A model generated the notes under the pieces. That model worked only from the letters and a program-made list of their open reading frames with translations, was not told where the DNA came from and searched no databases. Both the position numbers and the translations under genes were made by a program. This document shows, piece by piece, positions 24,877-25,147 of a DNA stretch of 25,147 nt (position 1 is the stretch's first letter; every line of letters begins with the position of its first letter). This DNA is from an uncultured Candidatus Saccharibacteria bacterium (GTDB lineage Bacteria; Patescibacteriota; Minisyncoccia; UBA6257; 02-FULL-45-10c), in contig CAYHXS010000002.1 in the NCBI GenBank assembly GCA_964360665.1, positions 1 to 25,147 on the forward strand. The letters run 5' to 3'.

Positions 24877-24905
24877 AAAAAAGCGCTCCTCACAGGCGCT
24901 TTTTT
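24877..24905. terminator. Bidirectional terminator-like hairpin upstream of alaS
   Basis: aaaaaagcgc-tcctcacag-gcgctttttt. Confidence 0.65.
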
Positions 24906-25008
24906 GAATATCTACCTATTATCCTCTTTTTTCTTAATAGAGCCTATCCCAATAATAATCCCATAACGCGATACTTGCCAATTTTATTCAGAACAAGGAA
25001 TGAGGCCG

Positions 25009-25129
25009 TTCAGGCTCTGAGAGCCTTCAGGCTCGATGAGAGGAAATCGTGGTTCATCCACCTTTCCGACGAATGACGCGGTTATGGATAAAGTGGTCTT
25101 CAACCACTATTTCGTCGTCGCGCCTTGAA
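25009..25129. repeat. Structured intergenic element related to the 16-280 element; probably continues beyond the window
   Basis: 25112-25129 tcgtcgtcgcgccttgaa matches 210-227 at 17/18; ttcaggctc direct repeat at 25009 and 25026; hairpins 25013-25025, 25042-25067, 25067-25117, 25092-25108. Confidence 0.55.
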
Positions 25130-25147
25130 CTAATTTATTTATTTCAG

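Noticed and set aside
1-25147. tRNA, rRNA, tmRNA, CRISPR array, transposase, or genetic code 25
   Set aside because: No cloverleaf, rRNA or regularly spaced repeats seen; no DDE/HUH ORF; TGA ends mreB2 normally.

Overview
A 25 kb housekeeping region, almost all on the minus strand, that looks like a Patescibacteria/CPR (Parcubacteria-like) chromosome. That assignment is an inference from short ProRS and AlaRS, a frr-rseP-proS block lacking uppS/cdsA/dxr, and few Shine-Dalgarno sites; TGA is used as stop. Gene content: alpha/beta hydrolase, tpiA, DedA, galT, mrdA, mreB, proS, two tandem rseP, an orphan, frr, holB, a second mreB, murA, a beta-propeller membrane protein, a small membrane protein, infA-rpmJ-rpsM-rpsK-rpsD-rpoA-rplQ-rplM-rpsI (rpmJ is missing from the ORF track), a baseplate-J-like membrane protein, a degenerate FtsA-like protein and alaS. 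No tRNA, rRNA, CRISPR array, integrase or transposase was seen. The strongest unexplained signal is a set of short GC-rich palindromes lying in frame inside genes. Examples are a 2x15-nt tandem insert in the conserved motif-2 region of AlaRS, the identical 19-mer in an unrelated gene in the opposite sense, a perfect 22-bp palindrome in proS, and hairpins in mrdA and a membrane-protein gene. Larger, highly structured intergenic elements accompany them, including a 265-bp element with 28-bp terminal inverted repeats and a relative at the far end of the window. Other points of interest are a ~1.7 kb islet (second RseP, structured element, self-contained orphan) between frr and rseP, an RpoA without the alpha-CTD, the FtsA-like/baseplate-J-like gene pair, a 28-aa hydrophobic small ORF, and promoters placed for leaderless translation. 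All alignments to protein families are from recalled consensus, not computed.
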